A DNA stretch of 64,000 nucleotides from the NCBI GenBank assembly GCA_964022095.1, contig CAXHZO010000003.1, forward strand, positions 128,001-192,000, given 5' to 3'. The notes beneath the pieces are model-generated. The model saw nothing but the letters and a program-made list of their open reading frames with translations, was not told the DNA's origin and did not search any database. The DNA is from an uncultured Arcobacteraceae bacterium. Its GTDB lineage: Bacteria; Campylobacterota; Campylobacteria; Campylobacterales; Arcobacteraceae. This document shows positions 38,105 through 48,994 of the stretch, in pieces (positions within the stretch are counted from its first letter, which is position 1; each line of letters opens with the position of its first letter). A program made the position numbers and the translations under genes.

Positions 38105-40714
38105 ATGCTTAAAAAAAATGAGAAAAGATACACTTTAGAATATATTCAAAAACTATTTTCTCAAATTCCTGCAATTTTTATACTTGTATTAGCTACATTC
38201 GTGATATTAATTACATATTTTATTTTGGATACAAAAGAGAAAAGAGAAATAGATTTATTAAAACAAAAGACTTTTTTAAATGAAAAGTTCTCTAAAAAAC
38301 AATATTTAGAAAGATTTAGATTACAAGTTTATAAACAACTAAAAAAAAGCTTCTTAGATGAAGAAATCCTTTTAAAAAAAGTTACATATAAAGCAAGTGG
38401 ATATTTAGAATCAAACTCAGCAAATAAGTTTGAGATTTTAAGTGATTATTTTAAATCTTTAGAAGTTGAAAATGGTGTTGAAATAGTAGTTTTTACAAAA
38501 GACAATCTAAATATTTTATATGGAAAATCTTCTATAAAATATCTAGAAAAACTAATTTTCAACTCAAATGATAAAGTACATGAAAATATCACTTTGCAAT
38601 ATATCTTATCTCAAGGAAAAGACAATACTCAATACTGGAAAAATGATGATAAAAAAACAGTTAGATTGAGTTTTTTTGATATGATAAATATTTCTGGATA
38701 CGAGTATTATATAGGTTCTTTTTCAACTATAAACTCTATTAGAAAGATTACAAAAGATTCTATTTTAAATAGTATTATTAAAAATGATTCTAAGGTTTGG
38801 TTTTACGATACTATAACTCAAGAGACTTTTAATTTTGAAAATAAAAAGAAATATAAACAATCAAACTCTGTTTTACAAAATAAAACTCAATCTTTATCTT
38901 TTGAAATTTTAGAACATTATTTCAAAGACTTAGAATATACTTCAAAGTTTGATGAGAATAGCTATTTTTATCACAAATTTAATTTTTTGATAGTTAATTT
39001 TTATGATGAAAAAAGAGTAGAAAACTCAATTCTTGGAGATATTTCTAATATAAAAAAAGAGTATCGAAATTGGTTTTTTCAAATACTTGGAATTATAATT
39101 ATTCTTACTAGTATTTTGATTTTATTTACATTTATATTTTCAAACTTTATTGGAAGAATTTTTACTAAATACAATAATGAATTAGAGAATAAAACAGTCT
39201 CTTTAGAGCATTGGAAAAAAAGATTTGAGCTTGCAATTATTGCTTCAAATGACGGATTATGGGATATTGATTTTAAAACTGAGAAAATCTATTTTTCAGA
39301 TAAATGGCTTGAAATGTTTGGCTATAAAGAAGATGAAGTTAAAACATTTTCACATTGGTTTGAATTAATTCATAATGAAGATAGACCAAATGTGGAAAAT
39401 TTATTTTCAAAAATATTTTCAAAAGCAGATGATACTTTTATTTGTGAGTATAGATTAAAAACAAAAACAGAAGGGTTTAAGTGGGTTCTTGCACGTGGTA
39501 AGTCATTTGTAAGTGAAGATGGTGAACTTGATAGAATGCTTATGATGTCAATGGATATTGATAAAAATAAAAGACTAAAAAAAGAGCTTTTAGATGTTGA
39601 GTTACTTGTAGAAGATGGGAAAATTGTAATTTTCAAACTTGTAAATGATAAGAAATTAACTGTTAAATATATTTCAAATAGTATTAAAAATTTTGGATTT
39701 AATAAAAAAGAGTTTGAATCAGGTGAACAAAATATTATGAACCTAATTCATAAAGATGATGTAAATAAATTTCAAGTTGCTATAAATGCAGCACTTAAAA
39801 ATGATTTACAAAACTTCACAGTTGATTGTAGAGTTAAAAATGCGGATAATAAAACTAGATGGATTTCAACTAGAGTTATTTTGATTAAAAACCATTCTGG
39901 TGAAGTTAGTCATTTTTATGGATATATAAATGATATTACAAAAATAAAACTAAGTGAGCAAGAATTAAAAATAAAAGTAGAAGATGAAGTTAAAAAAAAT
40001 AGACAAAAAGACAGAATCTTAATTCAACAAAATAAATTAGCTTCAATGGGTGAGATGTTGGGAAATATTGCTCACCAGTGGAGACAACCTTTAAATAACA
40101 TATCTTTAATACTTCATTTTTTAAGGGATAATTATAAAAATGAAAAAGTAAGTGAAGAGCAAATTGACAAGTTTATGAATAGAGCTAATAAGCATATAGA
40201 ATATATGAGTGAAACTATTGATGATTTTAGAAACTTTTATAAACCTTCAAAATCAAAAGATAAATTTTCTATAAAAGATTGTATTGACACTTTGCTTTAT
40301 ATGGTAAAAAATCAGTTTGAAGATGAAGGTATCAAGATAAATTTCCAATGTAATGATGTAAAGATTTTAAATTATGAAAATGAACTAAAACAAGCACTAT
40401 TGAATATCTTAAATAATGCAAAAGATGCACTACTATCAAAAAAACAAAAAGAAGACTTTGAAGCAACAATAGATATTAAAACTCTAGTTGAAGATAACAA
40501 GTTATTAATTGAAATTTTAAATAATGGTGATTTAATTGATGAAAATATTATTGATAGAATATTTGAGCCATACTTTACAACTAAGTTTGAAGATCAAGGG
40601 ACTGGAATAGGGCTTTATATGACTAAGTCAATTGTTGAAACTAATATGAAAGGTAAAATAGAAGTAGAGAATATTTCAAGTGGTGTTAAATTTACTATTA
40701 CTTTAAGTATTTGA
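38105..40714 (+). CDS. Membrane sensor histidine kinase with two PAS/PAC domains
   Basis: ASNDGLWD...WVLARG PAS, GNIAHQWRQPL, FEPYFTTK, GTGIGL. Confidence 0.92.
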   Translation: MLKKNEKRYTLEYIQKLFSQIPAIFILVLATFVILITYFILDTKEKREIDLLKQKTFLNEKFSKKQYLERFRLQVYKQLKKSFLDEEILLKKVTYKASGYLESNSANKFEILSDYFKSLEVENGVEIVVFTKDNLNILYGKSSIKYLEKLIFNSNDKVHENITLQYILSQGKDNTQYWKNDDKKTVRLSFFDMINISGYEYYIGSFSTINSIRKITKDSILNSIIKNDSKVWFYDTITQETFNFENKKKYKQSNSVLQNKTQSLSFEILEHYFKDLEYTSKFDENSYFYHKFNFLIVNFYDEKRVENSILGDISNIKKEYRNWFFQILGIIIILTSILILFTFIFSNFIGRIFTKYNNELENKTVSLEHWKKRFELAIIASNDGLWDIDFKTEKIYFSDKWLEMFGYKEDEVKTFSHWFELIHNEDRPNVENLFSKIFSKADDTFICEYRLKTKTEGFKWVLARGKSFVSEDGELDRMLMMSMDIDKNKRLKKELLDVELLVEDGKIVIFKLVNDKKLTVKYISNSIKNFGFNKKEFESGEQNIMNLIHKDDVNKFQVAINAALKNDLQNFTVDCRVKNADNKTRWISTRVILIKNHSGEVSHFYGYINDITKIKLSEQELKIKVEDEVKKNRQKDRILIQQNKLASMGEMLGNIAHQWRQPLNNISLILHFLRDNYKNEKVSEEQIDKFMNRANKHIEYMSETIDDFRNFYKPSKSKDKFSIKDCIDTLLYMVKNQFEDEGIKINFQCNDVKILNYENELKQALLNILNNAKDALLSKKQKEDFEATIDIKTLVEDNKLLIEILNNGDLIDENIIDRIFEPYFTTKFEDQGTGIGLYMTKSIVETNMKGKIEVENISSGVKFTITLSI

Positions 40715-40730
40715 TATAAAAAGGTTTAAA

Positions 40731-41435
40731 ATGAATGAAATAATTACAAGAGTTTTATTAGTAGAAGATGAAGAAGATGCAAGAGAAATACTAAGTTTTT
40801 ATTTAGATACTATTTTTGATGAAGTACAAATAGCTTGTGATGGACAAGAAGGGTTAGAATTTTATAAAAAATACAATGATGAAAATAAAACATTTGATTT
40901 AGTATTAACAGACATAAAAATGCCAAATAAAGATGGCCTTAGTATGATAGATGATATAACTGCAATAAATGGTAATCAAAAATTTATTATTGTTTCTGCA
41001 TATAAAGATGAAGAGTATTTATTTAGATCAATTGGATTAAATGTAATTTCATATTTTGTAAAACCATTAGAAGTTAAAAATATTATGGAGCTTCTAAAAA
41101 AAGTAAAATCTAAAGTGTTAGAAGAAAAGTCACAAGAAGAGATTATAGATGAAGTGATAAGTTTAAACTCTGTATACACTTTTAATACAAAAACAAATTT
41201 ACTATATAAAAATGATGAGTTAGTAGATTTATCAAAAAAAGAGACACTTTTAGTTCAAGGACTAATAAAAGATATAAAACAGATAAAAACAAAAGAATTT
41301 TTAAAAGAATTTATCTGGAATGACCCTAAAACTTCAGATGCAACACTAAGAACTGTAATAAAAAGAGTTAAGGATAAAATAGTAGATAATGACTTTATTG
41401 TTTCAAAAAAAGGTTTAGGATATATTATAGAGTAA
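40731..41435 (+). CDS. OmpR-family response regulator
   Basis: LVEDE, TDIKMP, KP; winged helix ending KGLGY. Confidence 0.92.
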   Translation: MNEIITRVLLVEDEEDAREILSFYLDTIFDEVQIACDGQEGLEFYKKYNDENKTFDLVLTDIKMPNKDGLSMIDDITAINGNQKFIIVSAYKDEEYLFRSIGLNVISYFVKPLEVKNIMELLKKVKSKVLEEKSQEEIIDEVISLNSVYTFNTKTNLLYKNDELVDLSKKETLLVQGLIKDIKQIKTKEFLKEFIWNDPKTSDATLRTVIKRVKDKIVDNDFIVSKKGLGYIIE

Positions 41436-41481
41436 ATATAAAGTACCTTTTTTAGGTGTTTTATAAACAAATTTCTAAATT

Positions 41482-41524
41482 TGAAACAATTTTGAAACAA
41501 TTTTGTTTCAAAGTATGTTATACT
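41482..41524 (+). promoter_or_regulatory. TAXI operon promoter: direct and inverted TGAAAC repeats plus extended -10
   Basis: TGAAACAATTTTGAAAC; overlapping palindrome TTTGAAACAA-TT-TTGTTTCAAA (41491-41512); TGTTATACT. Confidence 0.65.
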
Positions 41525-41552
41525 TCTTTATACAATTTAAAGGAGAGATAAC

Positions 41553-42569
41553 ATGTCGAAATTGTCATTATTAAAAAAACTTTTAGTAGGTTCTGCAATT
41601 ACTGCAACTATGATTACAGGTGCTAATGCAGCAAAAGAATCAAAGTACGTAATTGCTACAGCAAGTACAGGTGGGACTTTTTACCCAGTTGGTGTTGGTA
41701 TTGCTACAATTGCTTCATTAAAACTAGCAAAACAGCACAAAACAACTTTTTCTGCAATTACTTCTGCAGGTTCAGCTGAAAATGTAGATATGCTTGAAAA
41801 AGGTGAAGTTAACTTTGCAATTATTCAAGGACTATTTGGTTCTATGGCTTGGCAAGGTAAAGCAAAGTATGATGGTGAAGCTAAGAAAAATCTTAGATCA
41901 ATTAGTATGCTATGGCAAAATGTTGAACAATTTACAATCAAAAATGATTATGTAAAAACTGGCGATATTATGGATTTAAAAAACCTATATGGTGAAAAAA
42001 TCTCAATTGGTGGTAGAAGTTCAGGTTCTAGAGTTTCTTCAGAAATTATTATGGAGTCTTTAGGAATTGATTACACAAAAATGGATGTACAATACTTAGG
42101 ATATACTCCAAGTTCAACTGCTCTTCAAGATGGAAAAATTGATGGTATGAATACTCCATCAGGACCTCCAACATCAGCTGTTACAAATGCATTTGCTTCT
42201 ATTGGAAATGATAAAATTAAAGTATTAGATTTTACTGCTTCTCAATTAGAGCAAATTTCAAATAATTATCCAGTATGGACTCCATTTAAAATTAAAGCTG
42301 GAACTTACCCAGGTCAAGATAAAGATATTAATACTATCGCTCAACCAAACTTATTAGTTGTTACAAAAGATACTCCTGAAGAAACAGTATATCTTTTAAC
42401 AAAAACAATTTATGAAAACTTACCGTTTTTAAACACTGTTCATAAAGCTACAAAAGCAATGGCTATTGATAAAGCAATTGGTGGATTACCAATGCCACTA
42501 CATCCAGGTGCAGCTAGATATTATAAAGAACAAGGTATCAATATTCCTGCAAGTTTAATTGCACAATAA
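41553..42569 (+). CDS. TAXI-family TRAP transporter solute receptor
   Basis: IATASTGGTFYPVG, SAGSAEN, PLHPGAARYYKE. Confidence 0.93.
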   Translation: MSKLSLLKKLLVGSAITATMITGANAAKESKYVIATASTGGTFYPVGVGIATIASLKLAKQHKTTFSAITSAGSAENVDMLEKGEVNFAIIQGLFGSMAWQGKAKYDGEAKKNLRSISMLWQNVEQFTIKNDYVKTGDIMDLKNLYGEKISIGGRSSGSRVSSEIIMESLGIDYTKMDVQYLGYTPSSTALQDGKIDGMNTPSGPPTSAVTNAFASIGNDKIKVLDFTASQLEQISNNYPVWTPFKIKAGTYPGQDKDINTIAQPNLLVVTKDTPEETVYLLTKTIYENLPFLNTVHKATKAMAIDKAIGGLPMPLHPGAARYYKEQGINIPASLIAQ

Positions 42570-42579
42570 TTGATTTTTT

Positions 42580-42606
42580 TACCAAGAGAACCCACTTCTC
42601 TTGGTA
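42580..42606 (+). terminator. Intra-operon hairpin after the TAXI receptor
   Basis: TACCAAGAGAA-cccac-TTCTCTTGGTA. Confidence 0.65.
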
Positions 42607-42669
42607 TATATTATATATAAGTAATTAATTATTATTTATCTATTTTATATGACTATTTAGGAAGAAGTA

Positions 42670-44619
42670 ATGATAAAAATAAAATATTTCAAAGAGATAA
42701 CATTCGTTTATGCAATCTTCATTTCACTATTTCATTTTGGAATAAATATTTGGGGAGGAATAAGTGATTTATGGTTTAATAGTGCTCACTTTGCACTTTT
42801 AGCATCACTTGGTTTTTTAACTTATGAAGCTTCAAAGAATGAAGATGAAGTAAGTATTTTAAATATAATTTTTGCAATATTATCTTTAGTAACATTTGCA
42901 TATATGGTCTCTTTTGAAGAGTCATTATATGAAGTTGCAAAAGGACAAATGAGAACTAGTGATTTAATTGTTGCTGGATTAACAATTGTTTTAGCTATTG
43001 AGATGGTTAGAAAAACTACAGGGTATATTATCCCAGCTATTATAGTGTTTTGTATTGCATACTTACTATTTTTAGGACAGCACTTTGAAGGTGTATTTGC
43101 TTTTGCTGGTATGAGTGTAGAGAGATTTTTATATAGAATGTTCTATACAAGTGAGGGATTATTTGGACCAATTGCAACTATTTCAGCTACTTATGTATTT
43201 ATGTTTATTCTTTTTGCAGCATTCTTACTAAAATCAGGAGCAGGTGACTTTATCGTTGATGTTGCTGATGCAGTTGCTGGAAAGTATACAGGTGGAACTG
43301 GGCATGTTGCTGTTATATCTTCAGCTATGATGGGAACAATCTCTGGAAGTGCAGTTGCAAATACGGTTTCCACTGGATCTATTACAATTCCTATGATGAA
43401 AAAAGCAGGATTTAAAGGGCAGTTTGCAGCAGCAGTTGAAGCAGCAGCGAGTACAGGTGGTCAAATCATGCCTCCAATTATGGGAGCAGGGGCTTTTATT
43501 ATGGCTCAAATGACTCATATTCCATTTGTAACTATTATTACTGTTTCTATTTTACCAGCTATTTTATATTTTGCTTCAATTGCATTTTATATTAATATCC
43601 ATGCAAAAGAGAATAATATCAAAGGTGAGAAGAAAAACGTAAAAGTATTACCAATATTAAGAGAAGGTTTTCACTTTATTATTCCATTAAGTACTTTAGT
43701 TGGATTACTTGTTTATGGTTTTACTCCAACTTATTCAGCAGGTATTGCAATTGTAACTATTGTTTTAGCTTCATATTTAACAAAAAATAAAAGAATGGGT
43801 ATAAAAGAGATTTTAGAAGCTTTAGCCTTAGGAAGTAAAAATATGATTGTTACAGGTGTTTTACTTGTAGCAGTGGGTGTGATTGTTGGTATTATTAATA
43901 TTTCTGGAATTGGAATCACTTTTTCACAACTAATTATGGAATGGTCAGGTAACTCTTTACTATTAGCAATATTTTTAGTTGCTGTTGCATCACTTGTTTT
44001 AGGAATGGGATTGCCAGTTACTGCATCATATGTTGTATTATCTGTATTATCAGCACCTGCTTTAGTTGGGTTAATGTTAACTCCTGAAATGGCAGCACTT
44101 GTAAACGCAGGAATTCAAATACCTGAAGTAGCTATGTATTTATTGTCTGCACACTTAATAATTTTCTGGTTGTCTCAAGATTCAAATCTTACACCACCAG
44201 TATGTCTAGCAGCCTTTGCAGCAGCTGCTATTGCAAAAACTCCACCTATGAAAACAGGTATGACTTCATGGAAAGTAGGAAAGGGAATGTATATTATTCC
44301 TTTATTATTTGCATTTACTCCATTGATAAATGGTTCATGGTTTGAAAGATTTGAAGTATTCGGATTTGCACTGTTTGGAATTATGAGTTTTTCAATTGTT
44401 ATGGAAGGTTTTTGGGATAAAAAAATGAGTATTTTAGAAAGAGCGGTATTTGCTGTAGCTGCAGTTTTACTATTAATTCCTGATAGTGTATTTAATATTG
44501 AGAGTTTCTTTGGTATTATTCAAAATACGCATTTAATAGGATTTGGTATTTTTGCTGTATCTATTATTATGCATAAACTAGTATCAAAAGAGGAAAGAGC
44601 TTATGCAAAAGTTAGTTAA
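42670..44619 (+). CDS. TRAP transporter fused permease (4TM/12TM)
   Basis: GTISGSAVANTVSTG, ASTGGQIMPPIMGAGAF, LTPPVCLAAF. Confidence 0.93.
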   Translation: MIKIKYFKEITFVYAIFISLFHFGINIWGGISDLWFNSAHFALLASLGFLTYEASKNEDEVSILNIIFAILSLVTFAYMVSFEESLYEVAKGQMRTSDLIVAGLTIVLAIEMVRKTTGYIIPAIIVFCIAYLLFLGQHFEGVFAFAGMSVERFLYRMFYTSEGLFGPIATISATYVFMFILFAAFLLKSGAGDFIVDVADAVAGKYTGGTGHVAVISSAMMGTISGSAVANTVSTGSITIPMMKKAGFKGQFAAAVEAAASTGGQIMPPIMGAGAFIMAQMTHIPFVTIITVSILPAILYFASIAFYINIHAKENNIKGEKKNVKVLPILREGFHFIIPLSTLVGLLVYGFTPTYSAGIAIVTIVLASYLTKNKRMGIKEILEALALGSKNMIVTGVLLVAVGVIVGIINISGIGITFSQLIMEWSGNSLLLAIFLVAVASLVLGMGLPVTASYVVLSVLSAPALVGLMLTPEMAALVNAGIQIPEVAMYLLSAHLIIFWLSQDSNLTPPVCLAAFAAAAIAKTPPMKTGMTSWKVGKGMYIIPLLFAFTPLINGSWFERFEVFGFALFGIMSFSIVMEGFWDKKMSILERAVFAVAAVLLLIPDSVFNIESFFGIIQNTHLIGFGIFAVSIIMHKLVSKEERAYAKVS

Positions 44620-45199
44620 AACATTAGAAAAATGTGGATATAAAGTTCATTTAGCGAAAGATAAAAATGAAGCTTTTGAAATATCTAAAACATACATTAA
44701 AGATGGAATCTCAGTAGGACTTGGTGGTTCAACTTCCGTTGGACAAATAGGATTATTAGATCATCTAGTAAATCATGAGAATATAACACTATATAATCAG
44801 TATGAAGCTGGAATTACAATGGATGAAAACATTGATAGAAGAAGAAAAGGTATGATTACTGATCTTTATGTAACTGGCACAAATGCACTTACAAAAGATG
44901 GAAAATTAGTAAATGCTGATGGTAGTGGAAATAGAGTTGCTGCTATGATTTTTGGGCCTAAAAATGTTTTAGTAATAGTTGGAAAAAATAAAATAGTAGA
45001 TACTGTTGAAGATGGTTTTAAAAGAATCATGGAAGTAGCTGCTGTTAAAAATATAAATAGAATGAATACAAAAGCAGTTGAGATGGGTAAAAAACCAAGA
45101 CATAATTTAGATAATATTGCTAATAAATTTACTTATATAAAAGCAGATGAAAAAGATAGAATCATTTTGCTTTTAGTTGATGAAGAATTAGGTTTTTAA
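44603..45199 (+). CDS. LUD-domain (YkgG/lactate utilization-like) protein
   Basis: GLGGSTS, TGTNALTKDGKLVNADGSGNRVAAMIFGP, EELGF. Confidence 0.85.
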   Translation: MQKLVKTLEKCGYKVHLAKDKNEAFEISKTYIKDGISVGLGGSTSVGQIGLLDHLVNHENITLYNQYEAGITMDENIDRRRKGMITDLYVTGTNALTKDGKLVNADGSGNRVAAMIFGPKNVLVIVGKNKIVDTVEDGFKRIMEVAAVKNINRMNTKAVEMGKKPRHNLDNIANKFTYIKADEKDRIILLLVDEELGF

Positions 45200-45200
45200 T

Positions 45201-47039
45201 CTAATTCTTTATTGGCACATTAATAGTAACTAATACACCTTTCTCTTTTTTATTTAATACAGTAATTTCAGAGTTTTCTATTGTAATAGTCCCTTTTAAT
45301 ATCTTTGTAATTATTTGATAAGTCATATATAATCCAATTCCTGCACCTACATATTTATGTTTTGTCGTGAAATATAAGTCAAAAATATTATGGATGATAT
45401 CTTCTTTTATTCCTCCGGCATTATCTTTTATACGAATAACTAATTCAGAGTCTACAGAATCAGCTTTAATCTCTAAATATCTCTCTTGTATATCATTTGT
45501 TTCAAATGCATCAACACTATTACTTAATATATGAATTAAAGCTTGGATTAGTTCACTCTCTTTCCCTGATAGTTGAACACTTTTTGTTTTTGTTGATATA
45601 TTTATATTAGATAGCTCTAGTTTGGTTTTAAATAAATGCAAAGTTTTAGTAATTGTATTTTTTATATCAAAAACTATTAGCTCTTCATCATTATTAAAAA
45701 AGTCTTTTAAATTATCAATTGTTTTAGATAATTCTTGTGTTGTATTAAAAATTTGTTCATAAGATCTGATTAGTCTTTCTTTTTCTATTTTTTCATTTAT
45801 TTCTAAATCAATAATTTGTGCAGATGATAGTGAACTAATAATAGATAATGGCTGTCTCCATTGATGAGATATATTTTCTAAAAGTTCACCCATACTAGCC
45901 ATTTTTGATTGTTGTAAGAAAATATCTTGGTATTCTCTTTCTTTAGTAATATCAAGTTTAATAGCTAAAAATTCTACAATATTGTCATTTTCATCTTTTA
46001 TAGGGGTAATTGTACTTTTCTCATAAACTAAATCACCATTTTTATTTTTATTAATAAATTCACCCTTCCACTCTTTACCTTCATGGATAGTTTTGTGCAG
46101 GTTTTTATAAAAGCCAGTATCTAACTCTCCTGAACTAAATAAAGAAGGACTTTTCCCAATAGCTTCTTCTTTTTTAAATCCAGTATTGTTTTCAAAACCT
46201 TTATTTACATATTTGATTTTATGATTTATATCAGTAATTAAAACTATATTATCACTAATATCCAAAGCTTTTTTCATCTTTTCTAGTTCAATTTTATTTC
46301 TTAATAGTAAGTAAGCATAAGTTGTCAATATAACTATAAATATAAAAAGAATTATAAATAGTATATAAATAAAGTTATTGCTTGTTTTTAAAATTTTATT
46401 AGAATACTCTTCAAACTCTACAATTACTCTTTTAAACTCTTTTTGTATATGTAACTCTTCCATTTTATTAAGAAGCTCATGTTTTTTTAAATAATATTTA
46501 AAAATTATATTTAAATGCTTGACTAAAATAGATTCTTCAACACTATAGACTGATATACTTTCTAACTCTTTTTTTATCTCTTGGTTATATATATTCTCTT
46601 GAAAATTTAAAGTTAATGCAATATTATATATATTATCAAACTTATTGGTTTTAATAGAAGATTTTATTTTTTGAACATTTCTTAGAGAGTTATTATATAT
46701 AGCATCAAAGGATTTTTGTTTTTGAATTATTTGTATTTGCTTATCTATTAAGGTTTTTAGATTTGTAAGTTTTATATATAGTTCATTGTTTTCAATTTTT
46801 TGTAGGTTTTTGAAAAGATCATTTATTTCTGAAATATTCTTTTCTACTAAATCATAGTTTTTATATTGGCTATGACTTTTTGTAAATATTAGTAAATTAG
46901 TATTTAATCTTGATATCTCTGCAATTTTATTATTTAATATTAAATTTGTTTTTATGTCTTTATTTGAATGAAATAAATTATATATTATTGCAAGAGTAAT
47001 AATAATTAAAAAGATGATTAATAATGTGAATTTTTTCAT
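45201..47039 (-). CDS. Sensor histidine kinase with helical periplasmic (DAHL-like) and PAS domains
   Basis: ENISHQWRQPL, DNAGGI, FTTK; PAS ITD...YVN.GF...TG; alternative GTG start at 47054. Confidence 0.88.
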   Translation of the reverse strand: MKKFTLLIIFLIIITLAIIYNLFHSNKDIKTNLILNNKIAEISRLNTNLLIFTKSHSQYKNYDLVEKNISEINDLFKNLQKIENNELYIKLTNLKTLIDKQIQIIQKQKSFDAIYNNSLRNVQKIKSSIKTNKFDNIYNIALTLNFQENIYNQEIKKELESISVYSVEESILVKHLNIIFKYYLKKHELLNKMEELHIQKEFKRVIVEFEEYSNKILKTSNNFIYILFIILFIFIVILTTYAYLLLRNKIELEKMKKALDISDNIVLITDINHKIKYVNKGFENNTGFKKEEAIGKSPSLFSSGELDTGFYKNLHKTIHEGKEWKGEFINKNKNGDLVYEKSTITPIKDENDNIVEFLAIKLDITKEREYQDIFLQQSKMASMGELLENISHQWRQPLSIISSLSSAQIIDLEINEKIEKERLIRSYEQIFNTTQELSKTIDNLKDFFNNDEELIVFDIKNTITKTLHLFKTKLELSNINISTKTKSVQLSGKESELIQALIHILSNSVDAFETNDIQERYLEIKADSVDSELVIRIKDNAGGIKEDIIHNIFDLYFTTKHKYVGAGIGLYMTYQIITKILKGTITIENSEITVLNKKEKGVLVTINVPIKN

Positions 47040-47054
47040 TTTAAGTCTTTTCAC

Positions 47055-47972
47055 CTAAATATTTGGCTTTTCACCTGTAAGTGTCTTTAGAAACTCTTCA
47101 ATATATTCTATATCTTGTTTTGTGTAGATTGCTCCAATTTGATACTTTAACATAACTTCAATGACCTCTTTTAGACTTTTTACTGAACCGTCGTGTAAAT
47201 ATGGAGATGTTAATTCAATATTTCTTAATGTTGGAACTTTAAAGTAAAACTTATCTTCTTCCTCTTTTGTTAGATTATATCTTCCAAAGTGTTTATTTTC
47301 ATTGGGAAAATAATCTGAAATAATACCTACTTTTTGAAATAGGTTTCCTCCAATATTTCTTCCATTATGGCATGAAATACATCCATACTCTTGAAATAAT
47401 TTATATCCAATTTTCTCTTTTTTTGTTAATATCTCTTTTTGTCCTTTTAGATATTTATCAAATTTTGAATTAGGTGTTATTAAAGCCTTTTCAAACTCCA
47501 CAATTGAATTAATGATATTTTCTTTAGTGATGGGTGAGTTATATATACTTTTAAACTCTTTTATATAGTTACTATTTTTTGAAAGTTTTTTTATGATTTC
47601 AGGAAAACTACTCCCCATTTCTAGAGGGTTGTGTATTGGATTAATCATTTGTTTTTCTAAGCTTTTTTCTCTTCCATCCCAAGATTGCGCAAAATTATAC
47701 TTACTATTTAAAATCGTAGGGACATTAAAAGTTCCCTTAAAGCCATTTATCCCAATTGCAATTTTGTTTTTATTTGCACCACCATTGTATATATCATGGC
47801 ATGAAGCACATGAAATCGTATTATCAGCACTAAATTTTTTCTCAAAGAATAGTTTTTTCCCTAGTGAAACTTTTTTAGGATCTAATTTATGTGTATCATT
47901 TGGTATAGGAGTTATAATACTTTTACTTAATAACAATGAAAAAGAAAATAAAACTATAAGTAATTTATTCAT
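47055..47972 (-). CDS. Diheme cytochrome c peroxidase-family protein
   Basis: CASCH and CISCH heme motifs, WDGR, FKVPTLRNI, PYLHDG. Confidence 0.92.
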   Translation of the reverse strand: MNKLLIVLFSFSLLLSKSIITPIPNDTHKLDPKKVSLGKKLFFEKKFSADNTISCASCHDIYNGGANKNKIAIGINGFKGTFNVPTILNSKYNFAQSWDGREKSLEKQMINPIHNPLEMGSSFPEIIKKLSKNSNYIKEFKSIYNSPITKENIINSIVEFEKALITPNSKFDKYLKGQKEILTKKEKIGYKLFQEYGCISCHNGRNIGGNLFQKVGIISDYFPNENKHFGRYNLTKEEEDKFYFKVPTLRNIELTSPYLHDGSVKSLKEVIEVMLKYQIGAIYTKQDIEYIEEFLKTLTGEKPNI

Positions 47973-47993
47973 AATAGATATTCTATCACAGGT

Positions 47994-48905
47994 TTATGTA
48001 AATATATTTAAAAATAGTATTATGAATAAAGCAGAGATAATTGTTTGTATCGTTATTATTGATGTCATTAGACTTAAATCTCCGCCTAGTTGCCTAGCAA
48101 GTATAAAAGAGCTAGGTGCAGTTGGTAAAACTCCAAATAAAACTAAAATAGTAAGCATCATATTATTTACTTCTAGTATCGTTCCAAATATAAAAATTAA
48201 AACTGGTAAAATCAAAAACTTACCAATACATGTAATAAATAAGTCTTTTTTTGCACTTTTTATCTCTTTTAGTACTAGTGCATATCCAACTGATAAAAGT
48301 CCAAGTGGAAGTGCCGCTTTACTTAAAATTTCAAGTAAATTTTCAAGACTTACATGAAAAGTTATATCTAGAAAGTTGATACTTCCTCCAATAAAACAAG
48401 CAATTATTAGTGGATTTGTAATTATAGACTTTACTAAATATTTAAAATCTAATTTATCATTATCACTGTAAAGTGCAAAAATAGTTACACAAATTACATT
48501 TATAAATGGAATAGCAAATGTAAGTATAATTGCTGATAAAATTAGACCTTCATCACCAAATATTGAACCACTTAAAGCTAAAAACACATACGTGTTAAAT
48601 CTAATACCTCCTTGAACAATAGAAGTAAAAGAACTATTTTTAGTAGGGCTAAGTTTATTAAAAAGCATTAATACAGCCATTGTAAAAAATATTGCAAGAA
48701 GTGATGCTAAAACAAAATTTATACTATTAGCGTGAAATTGTGCACTTGAAAGTTTATATATTAAAAGTGATGGCATTAAAACATAGTATGTTAATTTATC
48801 GGCCATTGGCCAAAACTCATGGGATGGAAAACTAATTCTTTTAAAAAAGTATCCAATTAATATCAATGAAAAGACTGGAATTAGTGCTGAAAATATATGT
48901 ATCAT
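47994..48905 (-). CDS. AEC-family transporter
   Basis: QGGIRFNTY, NPLI, LPLGLL and ARQLGGD motifs. Confidence 0.88.
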   Translation of the reverse strand: MIHIFSALIPVFSLILIGYFFKRISFPSHEFWPMADKLTYYVLMPSLLIYKLSSAQFHANSINFVLASLLAIFFTMAVLMLFNKLSPTKNSSFTSIVQGGIRFNTYVFLALSGSIFGDEGLILSAIILTFAIPFINVICVTIFALYSDNDKLDFKYLVKSIITNPLIIACFIGGSINFLDITFHVSLENLLEILSKAALPLGLLSVGYALVLKEIKSAKKDLFITCIGKFLILPVLIFIFGTILEVNNMMLTILVLFGVLPTAPSSFILARQLGGDLSLMTSIITIQTIISALFIILFLNIFT

Positions 48906-48994
48906 GTGGATATAATATCAAACAAATCATTAAGTTTTCACACTTTTAGCACTCTTTTGAATGTTAAACTTTCACAAATTAAAAAGGAGACATA

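Noticed and set aside
47593-48357. 254-aa plus-strand ORF
   Set aside because: Antisense shadow of the peroxidase and AEC genes with no recognisable motifs
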